This document shows positions 1-9,151 of a stretch of 64,000 bases of DNA, piece after piece (positions within the stretch are counted from its first letter, which is position 1; the number at the start of each line of letters is the position of its first letter). Location: positions 24,436-88,435 of the forward strand of contig JADYZW010000047.1 of assembly GCA_020852955.1 (NCBI GenBank), read 5' to 3'. A model generated the notes under the pieces. The model ran no database searches. It was not told the DNA's origin and saw only the letters and a program-made list of their open reading frames with translations. This DNA is from Deltaproteobacteria bacterium (lineage in GTDB: Bacteria > Desulfobacterota > Binatia > UTPRO1). Both the position numbers and the translations under genes were made by a program.

Positions 1-1
1 C

Positions 2-676
2 CACGGCCTCACCCAGCAGCTCGACAAGCTCTCGCTCATGCACGCGCCCTTCCTGCTCGGGCTCGTGACCGGCGGCGCCGTCATCTACTGGTTCAGCGGC
101 GCGTCGATGCAGGCCGTCGCAACCGGCGCGTACCGGGCCGTCGAGTTCATCAAGCAGAACATCAAGCTGGAGAACACCGAGAAGGCCTCGATCACCGACT
201 CCAAGAAAGTCGTCGAGATCTGCACCCAGTACGCGCAGAAGGGCATGTTCAACATCTTCCTGACGGTCTTCTTCTCGACCCTCGCCTTCGCCTGCGTCGA
301 GCCGTTCTTCTTCATCGGCTATCTGATCTCGATCGCGCTGTTCGGCCTCTACCAGGCGATCTTCATGGCGAACGCCGGCGGCGCCTGGGACAACGCGAAG
401 AAGCTCGTCGAAGTCGAGCTCAAGGAGAAGGGCACCGAGCTCCACGCCGCGTCGGTGGTCGGCGACACCGTCGGCGATCCCTTCAAGGACACCTCGTCGG
501 TCGCCATGAACCCGATCATCAAGTTCACGACGCTCTTCGGCTTGTTGGCCGTGGAGCTCGCGATCACCATGTCCCGGAGCGCCAGCGCGGGGCTCGCCGT
601 CGTGTTCTTCGCGCTGTCGCTCGTGTTCGTGTACCGCTCCTTCTACGGGATGCGCATCCCGGTCGAAGGGAAGTAG
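2..676 (+). CDS. hppA: Membrane-bound proton/sodium-translocating pyrophosphatase, C-terminal part (5' end lies outside the window)
   Basis: The ORF runs off the left edge (track ORF 38..676, same frame open from nt 2). It carries the hallmark motifs GGAWDNAKK and GDTVGDPFKDTSSVAMNPIIKF plus hydrophobic C-terminal helices. Confidence 0.9.
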   Translation, partial: HGLTQQLDKLSLMHAPFLLGLVTGGAVIYWFSGASMQAVATGAYRAVEFIKQNIKLENTEKASITDSKKVVEICTQYAQKGMFNIFLTVFFSTLAFACVEPFFFIGYLISIALFGLYQAIFMANAGGAWDNAKKLVEVELKEKGTELHAASVVGDTVGDPFKDTSSVAMNPIIKFTTLFGLLAVELAITMSRSASAGLAVVFFALSLVFVYRSFYGMRIPVEGK

Positions 677-682
677 CTCCCG

Positions 683-723
683 TCGAGGCCGGCCTGCGCG
701 CGATCGCGGCAGGCCGGCCTCGA
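683..723 (+). terminator. GC-rich stem-loop immediately downstream of hppA
   Basis: A perfect 15-bp inverted repeat, tcgaggccggcctgc (683-697) and gcaggccggcctcga (709-723), begins 7 nt after the stop codon. No T-tract follows. Confidence 0.55.
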
Positions 724-1003
724 TGTTGCCGACCGGAGCGTTCGTTTCGACCGAGCCCTCGCCAAGGACAACGGCTGCCCGAAGGCCTGGACCGCCAGCA
801 CGTGCGGCGGGCAACCCGTACGGGGTGATCGCAAGTCGGAAACGCGACGTACCGGAAGTCGACCGTTGACGGTGTTCCGCGCGATCGACGCCGCGAATCC
901 GAACTGCGCGGTAGTCGCCAACGGCTGGTGCAGCGACCAGTCGCACCCCCTCACGGGAGGGCGATGGCGATACCACGACCAGAGCATTCCGGCTCACGGC
1001 TTC

Positions 1004-1372
1004 CTATGCCCACAGCACGCTCACGCCGTAGGGGCCAAACGTCGGATCGCGCGTCACCAGGGTCAGCTCCTCAATCCTGGTCTGCACGACGAGCAACCGG
1101 TCGAACGGATCGCGATGGTGCGCGGGAAGGCCAGCGACGGCATCGGCGTGCTCGACGGTCACCGGCAGCCGCGTGAACCCGTAATCGTCGATCGCATCCG
1201 CGACCGTTCCGCGTGCGGACAGCTTGCCGAGCGCAGTCTTGATTGCGATCTCCCAGGCCGTCACGGCGCTCACGTAGACCTCGTCGGCGCGCTGGATCTG
1301 TGTAGTGACCCGCTTCGGAAGGCGGGCGTTGTCCCACCAGATGAACGTATGCGTGTCGAGAAGGAGCCTCAC
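1004..1372 (-). CDS. vapC: Type II toxin, PIN-domain VapC family
   Basis: 122 aa with the N-terminal MRLLLDTHTFIWW motif and PIN-like acidic residues. It overlaps the upstream antitoxin ORF by 4 nt. Confidence 0.85.
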   Translation of the reverse strand: MRLLLDTHTFIWWDNARLPKRVTTQIQRADEVYVSAVTAWEIAIKTALGKLSARGTVADAIDDYGFTRLPVTVEHADAVAGLPAHHRDPFDRLLVVQTRIEELTLVTRDPTFGPYGVSVLWA

Positions 1373-1632
1373 TGCGTCGGTCCGTAGAAGAGCGCGAGCA
1401 CGTCCCCCGGAAGCTCGGTGTCGAACCCGGGGCCGGGCTTGAAGCGACCTTTCCCCTTTCCCGGGACGCGGAGGGCTTTGTGATCGTCGGCGAGCGGGAC
1501 CAACCGAGCACGCGGCCGCCCGGCGCGTGCGAGGATGATCTCTTCGCCACGAGCCGCCCGCTCGATCAGCTCAGGCAGTCGAGCCTTGGCGGAGGCGACG
1601 TTGACGATGACCGTGCTGGCGCGGCGAGGCAT
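1369..1632 (-). CDS. Type II antitoxin, Phd/YefM-like, partner of VapC
   Basis: 87 aa with an N-terminus typical of Phd/YefM antitoxins (VNVASAKARLPELIERAARGEEIILARAGRPRARLVP). Its stop overlaps the vapC start. Confidence 0.8.
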   Translation of the reverse strand: MPRRASTVIVNVASAKARLPELIERAARGEEIILARAGRPRARLVPLADDHKALRVPGKGKGRFKPGPGFDTELPGDVLALFYGPTQ

Positions 1633-1838
1633 GGGTCCCTCCGGTTGACCATCATGGTCTCCTCAGGTGTATCTTGACTGACCAAGATGGTCAACTAAAC
1701 GTCTGCCTGCGCCGCTCATTCGCTGTCCACCACTTCGTCCGGACAGATCCACTGCGCACCCGCTCTTGTCGGCGGAAGCGCTCGCCGGGCCATCGAGCTC
1801 GCGATCACCATGCCCCGGAGCGCGAAGGGCATCCTCGC

Positions 1839-3632
1839 TCACTTGCACTTCATGGTGGTGCCGGTCGCATTGTAGAGGCATTCGTGCGCGGAGAGCGGCG
1901 CCCCCGGCCACTGCGCGGTCGCACATTGCGCGGACTCCGGAGCGGTGACGTCGAACACCAAGCTCACGTTCTCGAGATCGTCGAAGGCGCTGAAGTCGGC
2001 GTCCTTGCCGGACATCTTGAGCGCGAGCTGCCCGGGAACCTTGGGCTTGCGCTTCAGCTGCAGGTACGTGATCCCCTGGATGCCGGCCTTGTTCTTGTAG
2101 GTCCACTGCGTCGCGCTGCGGTTCGTCTTCCAGCCGGCGCCGCCCGGGATGGTGACGTCGAGGTCGCCCTCGCCGACGATGAGGCGGATCCCATTGGCGG
2201 CCGGATCCACGGGCGCACCGGTCTCGTCGACGACCAGCAGGCCCTTCAGCGTCACCTTCTCGTCGCCGGTCGGAGCCCCGAGCTTGCCGAGGCTCAGGCT
2301 CGCAGCGGCAACCCCGCTGCAGCCGTCGCCCTCGTAGCGTCCGATGAGAAGCGACGTGACGCCCCCCGTCAACGGATAGTAGCGCCCCCAGCCGGCGGCG
2401 ATCGGTTGCCCGTCCGGCTGCACCACCACCCCGGCGAAGTGGCCGCTGAAGTTGTCGCCGTCGTCTCCCGGATCGAGCTGGGGCACGGCCGTCGTCGACC
2501 GTCCATCGCCATAGGGACCGAAGGTCGGGTCGAGGGTGCCCGTCTGCGTGACGCCCCAGATCCTCGGTGACGCGCCGGCGACGACCAGCAAACGGCCGTT
2601 CGGCTGCCGACCGACTCTGGTATTGAGCGTCGTCGGGTAGACGTTCTCCACCAGGACCATGCCGCCGGGCGGACCGAAGGTGGGATCGATCATCCCGCTC
2701 GGGTTCCAGCGCGCCATCGCCAGATTGGAGGCCTGCTCTCCGGCGGCGAAGATGCGATCGTCGGGATCGACGAGCAGGGCGAAGGCATTGAAGTTCGTGT
2801 CTTCGCCGACGCTCGCGACCTCGGCGCGGCCGGTGCCATAGGGGCCGAACGTGGTGTCGATCGTCCCATCGCTCGTGTAGCGCTCGACGCCGCCACCGGC
2901 GAGGACGATCTTGCCGTCCGACTGCAAAGCAAGTCCTTTCCCGAGCTCGGAGTTTCCGGAGGTGGCGATGGTGATACCGCCGGTACCGAACGCGGGATCC
3001 AGGGCGCCGTTGGAGAGGTGCCGGGCGAGCGTATTCCGCGCCGTGCCGTCCATCACCCCCGCGTAGCCGGCGGTGACCAACGCGCCGTCCGGTTGGCGGA
3101 CGATCGCGAGGGCCGCGTCACCGAAGGTGCCTGCGGCCACCGGCGTGATGACCTTGCCGCCGACGCCGAAGGAGGAATCGAGGGTGCCGTCGGCGAGATA
3201 GCGCACGAGAGCGGAATCGCGGCCGCCGGAGCCGAACGCGCCGCCGGCGACGACGATGGCGCCGTTCGGCTGGACGAGGACCGCGTAGGCTCTGCTGTCG
3301 CCGCTGCCGACGCTGGTGACGACGATGCCGTCGCCTCCGAAGGTCGGATCCAGCTCGCCGTCGGCATCGACGCGCGCCACGAACATATCGTCCGTGCCGG
3401 GCTTCCCGAACTCGCCGGCCACGACCAGCATGCCGTCCGGCTGCATCGCCACGGCCCTCGTGTAGACGGCGTTCGCGCCAGCGAAGACCTTCAGCGCAAC
3501 GCCGACACCATCGCTACCGTAGGAAAGATCGAGATCCCCCTGTACGCCGGCCCCGGCGCACGTGCCCAGGGAGAGCACGAGCATACAAGCGAGCATGGCG
3601 AAACGACGGGTCGAACGCAGCTCACCGGACAT
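1839..3632 (-). CDS. Secreted delta-60 repeat protein with an unassigned C-terminal module
   Basis: I re-called the start at the internal ATG 3632 (MSGELRSTRRFAMLACMLVLSLGTCAG signal peptide; RBS ggagggag upstream). The protein has multiple DP(T/S)FG..G repeats (DPTFGGDGIVV, DSSFGVGGKV, DPAFGTGGIT, DTTFGPYGTG) as in the delta-60 repeat family. The last ~155 aa form a separate module, discussed in the findings. Confidence 0.75.
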   Translation of the reverse strand: MSGELRSTRRFAMLACMLVLSLGTCAGAGVQGDLDLSYGSDGVGVALKVFAGANAVYTRAVAMQPDGMLVVAGEFGKPGTDDMFVARVDADGELDPTFGGDGIVVTSVGSGDSRAYAVLVQPNGAIVVAGGAFGSGGRDSALVRYLADGTLDSSFGVGGKVITPVAAGTFGDAALAIVRQPDGALVTAGYAGVMDGTARNTLARHLSNGALDPAFGTGGITIATSGNSELGKGLALQSDGKIVLAGGGVERYTSDGTIDTTFGPYGTGRAEVASVGEDTNFNAFALLVDPDDRIFAAGEQASNLAMARWNPSGMIDPTFGPPGGMVLVENVYPTTLNTRVGRQPNGRLLVVAGASPRIWGVTQTGTLDPTFGPYGDGRSTTAVPQLDPGDDGDNFSGHFAGVVVQPDGQPIAAGWGRYYPLTGGVTSLLIGRYEGDGCSGVAAASLSLGKLGAPTGDEKVTLKGLLVVDETGAPVDPAANGIRLIVGEGDLDVTIPGGAGWKTNRSATQWTYKNKAGIQGITYLQLKRKPKVPGQLALKMSGKDADFSAFDDLENVSLVFDVTAPESAQCATAQWPGAPLSAHECLYNATGTTMKCK

Positions 3633-3883
3633 CTTGAAGGTCTCCCTCCGGACAACGGAGTCGCTCGGCCTTACGACCGAACGGCGTTCGCCGTCAAGAC
3701 GATTCGCCTGCCGACCAGCAGCGGCATCGCCGAGCCGCGCCCCGGCAACGGGAGCCGCGGCGATCGACGCGATGGTCGGGCTACCCGGTCCGGGCGCGCT
3801 CACGCGGCCGGTCGACTCCCCGCGCACGCCAGGGTGCGCCGGACGCGACAAGCTCGCCGAAGTCCTCTATCACTCGGGACACC

Positions 3884-4165
3884 GTGACGCGCGACGATCG
3901 TTGGAAGAACCTGGTGACAGGGGCGTTCCACCTCGACGACGAGCTCGGCTCCGTCCGCGTGCGCGGGTCGGTCGCGCGCCGCCGCCGCGCCATCGAGTAT
4001 CTCGACAGCATCCTGGAGGTCTTCCCCCCGGACCTCGACCCGGTCGAGGACTTCGAGGGCTACGCGGTCCGCCGCCTCGCGCAGTCGCTGCGGCGGGCGC
4101 TCCACGACGCGGGCGCGCCGCCCCCGGCCCGCTCGCGCGTCCGACCGCCGCGCCGAACGTCGTGA
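3884..4165 (+). CDS. Small hypothetical protein (GTG start)
   Basis: 93-codon ORF in an otherwise empty 670-bp gap. It shows strong GC3 codon bias and a non-low-complexity first 70 aa (DDRWKNLVTGAFHLDDELGS...IEYLDSILEVFPPDLDPVEDFEGYAV). I recognise no homology. Confidence 0.3.
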   Translation: MTRDDRWKNLVTGAFHLDDELGSVRVRGSVARRRRAIEYLDSILEVFPPDLDPVEDFEGYAVRRLAQSLRRALHDAGAPPPARSRVRPPRRTS

Positions 4166-4305
4166 AGAGGCGCTGCGACCGGGCCGACCCCCGCGCCCCG
4201 ATCCCTCGGCCTGCGGCCCCGACCCCCGGCGTCCCGGGGCTCGCAGCGTCGAAGGCGGTACTTGCGAGCTTGATCCCGACGCGGCCGTGCCCTTAGGTGG
4301 AGCGC

Positions 4306-6255
4306 ATGACCGTCGCCCGTTCGCTCGCCGCCACGGCCTTCCTCCTCGCGCTCGCGTTCGGCCCTTCCGCCGAGGCCGCCGACTACTACGTGAAGACCGG
4401 CGGCAACGACGGGCTCGACGGCCTCTCGCTCGCGACGGCGTGGGCGACGCTCGGACAGGCCGCCGACGTCGTCGACCCCGGTGACACCGTGCACGTGCAG
4501 GACGGCGACTACCAGGGATTCTACCTGGAACGCTCCGGCGCGCCGGGTCAGCCGATCACCTTCGTCGCCGAGGGCGCCGCCGTCCGGATCACGAGCGACA
4601 ACGGCACCACGCCCGACGGCATCAACCTCGAAGGCGCGAGTCACGTCGTCATCGACGGCTTCGTGGTCGACGGCCGGACGCGCGCCGGCATCCGCGCCGT
4701 GCTGGGAGCGTTCGTGACGGTTCGCAACTGCCGCGCCGGATACAATGGCCGCTGGGGCATCCTCACGGGCTTCGTCGACGACTTCACCGCCGAGTTCAAC
4801 GAAACGCACCACTCGGTCGCCGAGCACGGCATCTACGTCTCGAACAGCGGCGACCGGCCGATCCTCCGCGCCAACCACTCGCACGACAACCACGCGAACG
4901 GCATCCACATGAACGGCGACGCCGAGCAGGGCGGCGACGGCATCATCGCGAACGCGCTCGTCGAGCGCAACGTCATCCACGGGAACGGCGTCGGGGGCGG
5001 ATCCGGCATCAACATGGACGGCGTCACGGACAGCGTCGTCCGGAACAACCTGCTCTACGACAACCACGCGAGCGGGATCAGTCTCTACCGTATCGACGGT
5101 GGCGCGGCCTCGAGCGGCAACCTGGTCGTGAACAACACGATCGTGACCGCCTCGAACGGACGCTGGTGCGTGAACATCAGCGACGGCTCGACCGGGAATC
5201 GCGTGGTGAACAACGCGCTCTACAACCTGCACGGCTTCCGCGGCGTCATCACGATCGATCCGGCGAGCCGGCCCGGCTTCACGAGCGACTACAACACGGT
5301 CATGAGCCGCTTCAGCCTCGATGGCGGCGACACCGTGTCGAGCCTCGCTGCCTGGCAGGGCCAGGGCTACGATGCGCACTCGTTCGTCGCGACGCCGGCC
5401 GAGCTCTTCGTCGCAGCCGGCAGCGACTTCCACCTGAAGCCGGGGAGCCCCGCGCGCGACGCCGGCAGCGCCGCCGACGCGCCGCCCTTCGATCTCGACG
5501 ATGCGCCCCGCCCCGTCGGCGCGGGCGTCGACATCGGCGCGTACGAGGAGCAGCTCGTGAGCTGCGGCGACGGCACGGTCGACCCCGGCGAGCAGTGCGG
5601 CGAGGCCGGGCTCGCCTGCGCCGATCCGTGCACCACGTGTAGCGGCTGCACCTGCGTCCCGCCGGCGCCGGTCTGCGGCGACGCCATCGTCTGCGGCGCC
5701 GAGGAGTGCGAGGACGACGGCCAGTGCGGCGCGGCCGAGGTCTGCGCCGGCTGCCGGTGCGTGAACGCTCCGGCCTGCGCGAGCGGGATCACGCTCGGGA
5801 AAGCATCGCTCACGATGCGCGTCGCGCCGGCGAGTCTGCGCGTGCAGGGCGAGGCGCTGATCCCGCGGCCGTGGGTCGGCGTGGACCCGCTCGCGAACGG
5901 CATGCGCGTCGTGGTCGATGCGACGAGCGGAGGCGGTGGGATCGACGTGACGCTCCCGGGCGGCGGCGGGTGGACCCGCAACCGGAGCGGCACGCAGTGG
6001 ACCTACAAGGATCGCACGGGAGCGGTCGGCGGCATCACGCGGGCCGTGCTGCGGGACCGGTCGAAGCAGCTCCCCGGTCTCGTCCGCGTCACCGTGCAGG
6101 GAAAGCCCGCCGGCCTCGTGCTGCCGGCGCCGACCGTCACGCGCACGGCCCTCGTGGTCGGTACCGCCGCCGAATGCGCAAGCCTCGCCTGGAATCCGCC
6201 GACGGGGCCGAAGCCCCGCTGCATCGGGACCAGCGCGAAGCTCGCGTGCAGATGA
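4306..6255 (+). CDS. Secreted right-handed parallel beta-helix protein with Myxococcus-type Cys-rich repeats and the shared C-terminal module
   Basis: ATG 4306 is preceded by aggtggag. It has a signal peptide (MTVARSLAATAFLLALAFGPSAEA) and YYVKTGGNDGLDG followed by repeated NxxxxN/G beta-helix turns. A CGDGTVDPGEQCGE...CGAEECEDDGQCG Cys repeat precedes the C-terminal PGGGGWTRNRSGTQWTYK module. Confidence 0.8.
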   Translation: MTVARSLAATAFLLALAFGPSAEAADYYVKTGGNDGLDGLSLATAWATLGQAADVVDPGDTVHVQDGDYQGFYLERSGAPGQPITFVAEGAAVRITSDNGTTPDGINLEGASHVVIDGFVVDGRTRAGIRAVLGAFVTVRNCRAGYNGRWGILTGFVDDFTAEFNETHHSVAEHGIYVSNSGDRPILRANHSHDNHANGIHMNGDAEQGGDGIIANALVERNVIHGNGVGGGSGINMDGVTDSVVRNNLLYDNHASGISLYRIDGGAASSGNLVVNNTIVTASNGRWCVNISDGSTGNRVVNNALYNLHGFRGVITIDPASRPGFTSDYNTVMSRFSLDGGDTVSSLAAWQGQGYDAHSFVATPAELFVAAGSDFHLKPGSPARDAGSAADAPPFDLDDAPRPVGAGVDIGAYEEQLVSCGDGTVDPGEQCGEAGLACADPCTTCSGCTCVPPAPVCGDAIVCGAEECEDDGQCGAAEVCAGCRCVNAPACASGITLGKASLTMRVAPASLRVQGEALIPRPWVGVDPLANGMRVVVDATSGGGGIDVTLPGGGGWTRNRSGTQWTYKDRTGAVGGITRAVLRDRSKQLPGLVRVTVQGKPAGLVLPAPTVTRTALVVGTAAECASLAWNPPTGPKPRCIGTSAKLACR

Positions 6256-6289
6256 CGTCGCATCGGTCTCGCCCTCTGCGGCGCGCGGC

Positions 6290-6541
6290 TCAGGGCAGCC
6301 GCAGCCGGTCGAGTTCGTCGAGCCAGTAGGTCGGAAGGGCGTCCCAAGGCGTCCCGGCATCGTGCGCCTCGATGCACGTGTCGGTCGCCTTGGTGAAGGC
6401 AGCCGCGAGCTTCTGCCAGCTCGCATTCGCGCCGACGACGCACGCCTGCTGGGTCCTGGTGAGAGCGCCGTGGGCCGGCACGGTGAGGACGAGGAGCGCG
6501 GCGCATCCACCCCCGGACGGCGGCGAGCCGGGCGGGCGCAT
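6290..6541 (-). CDS. Small secreted hypothetical protein
   Basis: 83 aa with a hydrophobic N-terminus (CAALLVLTVPAHG). It starts 2 nt after the stop of the upstream SHOCT lipoprotein gene. No family recognised. Confidence 0.4.
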   Translation of the reverse strand: MRPPGSPPSGGGCAALLVLTVPAHGALTRTQQACVVGANASWQKLAAAFTKATDTCIEAHDAGTPWDALPTYWLDELDRLRLP

Positions 6542-6543
6542 CC

Positions 6544-7155
6544 TCAGTGCTCTCCGAGGATGGACTTCCGTTTCGCCGCGTACTCCTTCTCGGTGATCAG
6601 CCCTTGCGCTCGCATGCTGTTCAGCTCTTCGAGTCGGCTCGTGGTCGAGCGGCCGGCGTCGGCGCCTTCCGCGTTCACGGGGACGGGGTCGCGCGCGTCA
6701 GCGGGCAACGCGCCAGCAGCGGCCCGCACGCTGGCGACGTCGTTGATCGCGTCGAGGACGTCTTGATTCGCGCCGGTCCAGACCATGCCCCGGCGCATGA
6801 AGCTCGTATGCATGTGTGTGCCGTAAGCGTAGTCCTTCACTTCAACCCAGCCCGACGTCGACCAGAATCCCGGAGACCAGCCGATCGAGACCGTGCACGC
6901 CTTCCTGCGGACGTCCGGGTGCGCGAGTCGCGGATCGCTGTCGCTGACGACGACGAACGATCGCTCGAGCGTCGCGCTCGCTCGTTGGTAGTACTCGCCC
7001 GCGGACTGCGCGGTGAGCACCGCGTAGTCGCATCTCGCGACCGGTCCGCCGGGACCGGTTTCGCGCTTCATCGCGCAGCCCGTCCCGACCACCGGGATCA
7101 CGGCGATACAGCAGAAGAACGCGAGGGTCTGGCGCGACGGCCGGCTGACACGCAT
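6544..7155 (-). CDS. Lipoprotein with C-terminal SHOCT domain
   Basis: I re-called the start at ATG 7155 (MRVSRPSRQTLAFFCCIAVIPVVGTGC, lipobox-like VGTGC). The C-terminus LEELNSMRAQGLITEKEYAAKRKSILGEH matches the SHOCT short oligomerisation motif. Confidence 0.65.
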   Translation of the reverse strand: MRVSRPSRQTLAFFCCIAVIPVVGTGCAMKRETGPGGPVARCDYAVLTAQSAGEYYQRASATLERSFVVVSDSDPRLAHPDVRRKACTVSIGWSPGFWSTSGWVEVKDYAYGTHMHTSFMRRGMVWTGANQDVLDAINDVASVRAAAGALPADARDPVPVNAEGADAGRSTTSRLEELNSMRAQGLITEKEYAAKRKSILGEH

Positions 7156-7260
7156 CGAGGCACTCCACGGAGACAGGGGTTCACGAGTCGCTAGCGCATC
7201 GGCGATTCGCTGCGCAAGGACGATGCGACCCCCGATGCGCCGTTTCCGCCGGCCAGCGGC

Positions 7261-7301
7261 TTGCAATTGAATGGAGTTCATCTAATCTTGGAGATTCTCC
7301 A
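7261..7301 (+). promoter_or_regulatory. Putative sigma70-type promoter plus palindromic operator for the TetR-NMO operon
   Basis: This is a locally AT-richer stretch. It reads TTGCAA (7261-7266), a 16-nt spacer, TAATCT (7283-7288), then the perfect palindrome tggaga-t-tctcca (7289-7301) ending in the A of the TetR ATG. Confidence 0.4.
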
Positions 7302-8014
7302 TGATTGCGCGATCCCAGACCGGCGGCGGCACGCTGCCCCTCGGCGACGCCTCCGAAGGGCGCCGCACCCGGCGGCGCCGCGAGCTGCACCAGAGCATCC
7401 TGGAAACGGCGGCCGAGCTCTTCGCGCGGGACGGCTACGAAACCACCACGGTCGAGAAGATCGCCGCCGCCGCCGACATCGCGCCCGCGACCTTCTTCAA
7501 CCACTTCCGCAGCAAGGAGGACGTGCTGCGGGAAATCGGTCAGGACGTGTTCTCGCGTTTCCGGCGGCTGGTCGACGAGCAGCTCGAGCGCCCGGTCACG
7601 AGCATGGAGCGGCTGCACGGGTTCGCGACGCGCGGCGCGGCCCTGGTGCGGCGAGCGCCCGAGATGACCCGACGGGTGCTCATGGCCGTGCTGCGCGCGC
7701 CGCGTCCCGGCGAGGCCGGCAACGAGCTCGCCTCGATGCAGGCCGCCTTCGCGCAACTGTTGCGCCGCGGCCGCGACGACGACGCGCCCGCGAAGGACGT
7801 CCCCGACGACCTCGACGTCGAGCTCGCGGCCGAGATCCTCGTCTCGGTCGTGATCGGCGCCATGACCCATTGGATCAACGATCCCGACTATCCGCTGGAA
7901 GGCCGGCTGCGTGCCTCGTTGACGCTGCTCGCCGACCGATTGCTGACCCCCACCACCACCGCGCCCGCGGCGTCCCGACGTCCGGCGCGCCAACGCCAGA
8001 GGAAGACACCATGA
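7301..8014 (+). CDS. TetR/AcrR family transcriptional regulator
   Basis: The N-terminal HTH (ILETAAELFARDGYETTTVEKIAAAADIAPATFFNHFRSKEDVL) is typical of TetR. Its stop overlaps the next start (ATGA). Confidence 0.9.
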   Translation: MIARSQTGGGTLPLGDASEGRRTRRRRELHQSILETAAELFARDGYETTTVEKIAAAADIAPATFFNHFRSKEDVLREIGQDVFSRFRRLVDEQLERPVTSMERLHGFATRGAALVRRAPEMTRRVLMAVLRAPRPGEAGNELASMQAAFAQLLRRGRDDDAPAKDVPDDLDVELAAEILVSVVIGAMTHWINDPDYPLEGRLRASLTLLADRLLTPTTTAPAASRRPARQRQRKTP

Positions 8015-9129
8015 AGACCGAGATCTGCAAGCGCCTCGGGATCGAGTTCCCGATTTTCGCGTTCAGCCATTGTCGCGACGTCGTCGCCGCGGTCAGCAAT
8101 GCCGGCGGGTTCGGCGTGCTCGGGGCGGTCGGCTTCTCAGCCGAGCAGCTCCGCGTCGAGCTCGACTGGCTCGACGAGCACGTCGTCGGCGGATACGGCG
8201 TCGACATCGTCATCCCCGGCAAGTACGTCGGCATGGGCGAGATGGACGTCGAGAAGCTGCAGGCCATGCTCGCCGCGCAGATCCCCGCCGAGCACCGCGC
8301 CTTCGCGAAGAAGCTCCTCGCCGACCACGGCGTGCCGGAGCTGTCCGCCGATGAGAAGCCGCGCGAGCTGCTCGGCTGGACGGAGGCGACCGCGGGCCTG
8401 CAGGTGGAGGTGGCGCTCCAGCACCCCAAAGTGAAGGCGATCGCGAACGCGCTCGGCACGCCGCCTCCCGAGGTCATCCAGGAGATCCAGGACACCGGCC
8501 GGCTGGTGGGCGCGCTCTGCGGCAGCGCCAAGCAGGCCCTGTCGCACAAGGCGGCGGGCCTCGATTTCATCATCGCGCAGGGCACCGAGGGCGGCGGCCA
8601 CACCGGCGAGATCGGCAGCATCGTACTCTGGCCCGAGGTCATCGACGCCGCGGCGCCGGTCCCCGTGCTCGCCGCCGGCGGCATCGGCAGCGGCAAGCAA
8701 ATGGCGGCCGCGATGGCGCTCGGCGCGCAGGGCGTATGGACCGGCTCGATCTGGCTGACCGTGACCGAAGCCGATACGCCGCCGGCGCAGAAGGAGAGCT
8801 ATTTGAAGGCGACGAGCAGGGACACGGTCCGGTCGCGCTCGTGGACGGGCAAGCCCTGCCGCATGCTGAAGAACGACTGGACCGAAGCCTGGGACAAGCC
8901 CGAGAACCCGAAGCCGCTCGGTATGCCGCTCCAGTTCATGGTGACGGCCGAGGCCGTGAGCCGCGGGCACCACTATGCCGCCAAGGCGCAGGCGGTCGGC
9001 TTCAATCCGGTCGGCCAGATCGTGGGCCGCATGAACGAGATCCGCTCGGCGCGCCACGTGATCCAGGACATGGTGCAGGACTACCTCGAGGCGGCCGAGC
9101 GCCTGCAGGGGCTTCTGCCGGAAGCCTGA
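8011..9129 (+). CDS. Nitronate monooxygenase (NMO / 2-nitropropane dioxygenase family, FMN-dependent)
   Basis: Start re-called at ATG 8011 (MKTEICKRLGIEFPIFAFSH...). The motifs IIAQGTEGGGHTG and AAGGIGSG are characteristic of the NMO family. Confidence 0.85.
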   Translation: MKTEICKRLGIEFPIFAFSHCRDVVAAVSNAGGFGVLGAVGFSAEQLRVELDWLDEHVVGGYGVDIVIPGKYVGMGEMDVEKLQAMLAAQIPAEHRAFAKKLLADHGVPELSADEKPRELLGWTEATAGLQVEVALQHPKVKAIANALGTPPPEVIQEIQDTGRLVGALCGSAKQALSHKAAGLDFIIAQGTEGGGHTGEIGSIVLWPEVIDAAAPVPVLAAGGIGSGKQMAAAMALGAQGVWTGSIWLTVTEADTPPAQKESYLKATSRDTVRSRSWTGKPCRMLKNDWTEAWDKPENPKPLGMPLQFMVTAEAVSRGHHYAAKAQAVGFNPVGQIVGRMNEIRSARHVIQDMVQDYLEAAERLQGLLPEA

Positions 9130-9151
9130 GGCGGAGGAGACGGGCCGCGCG

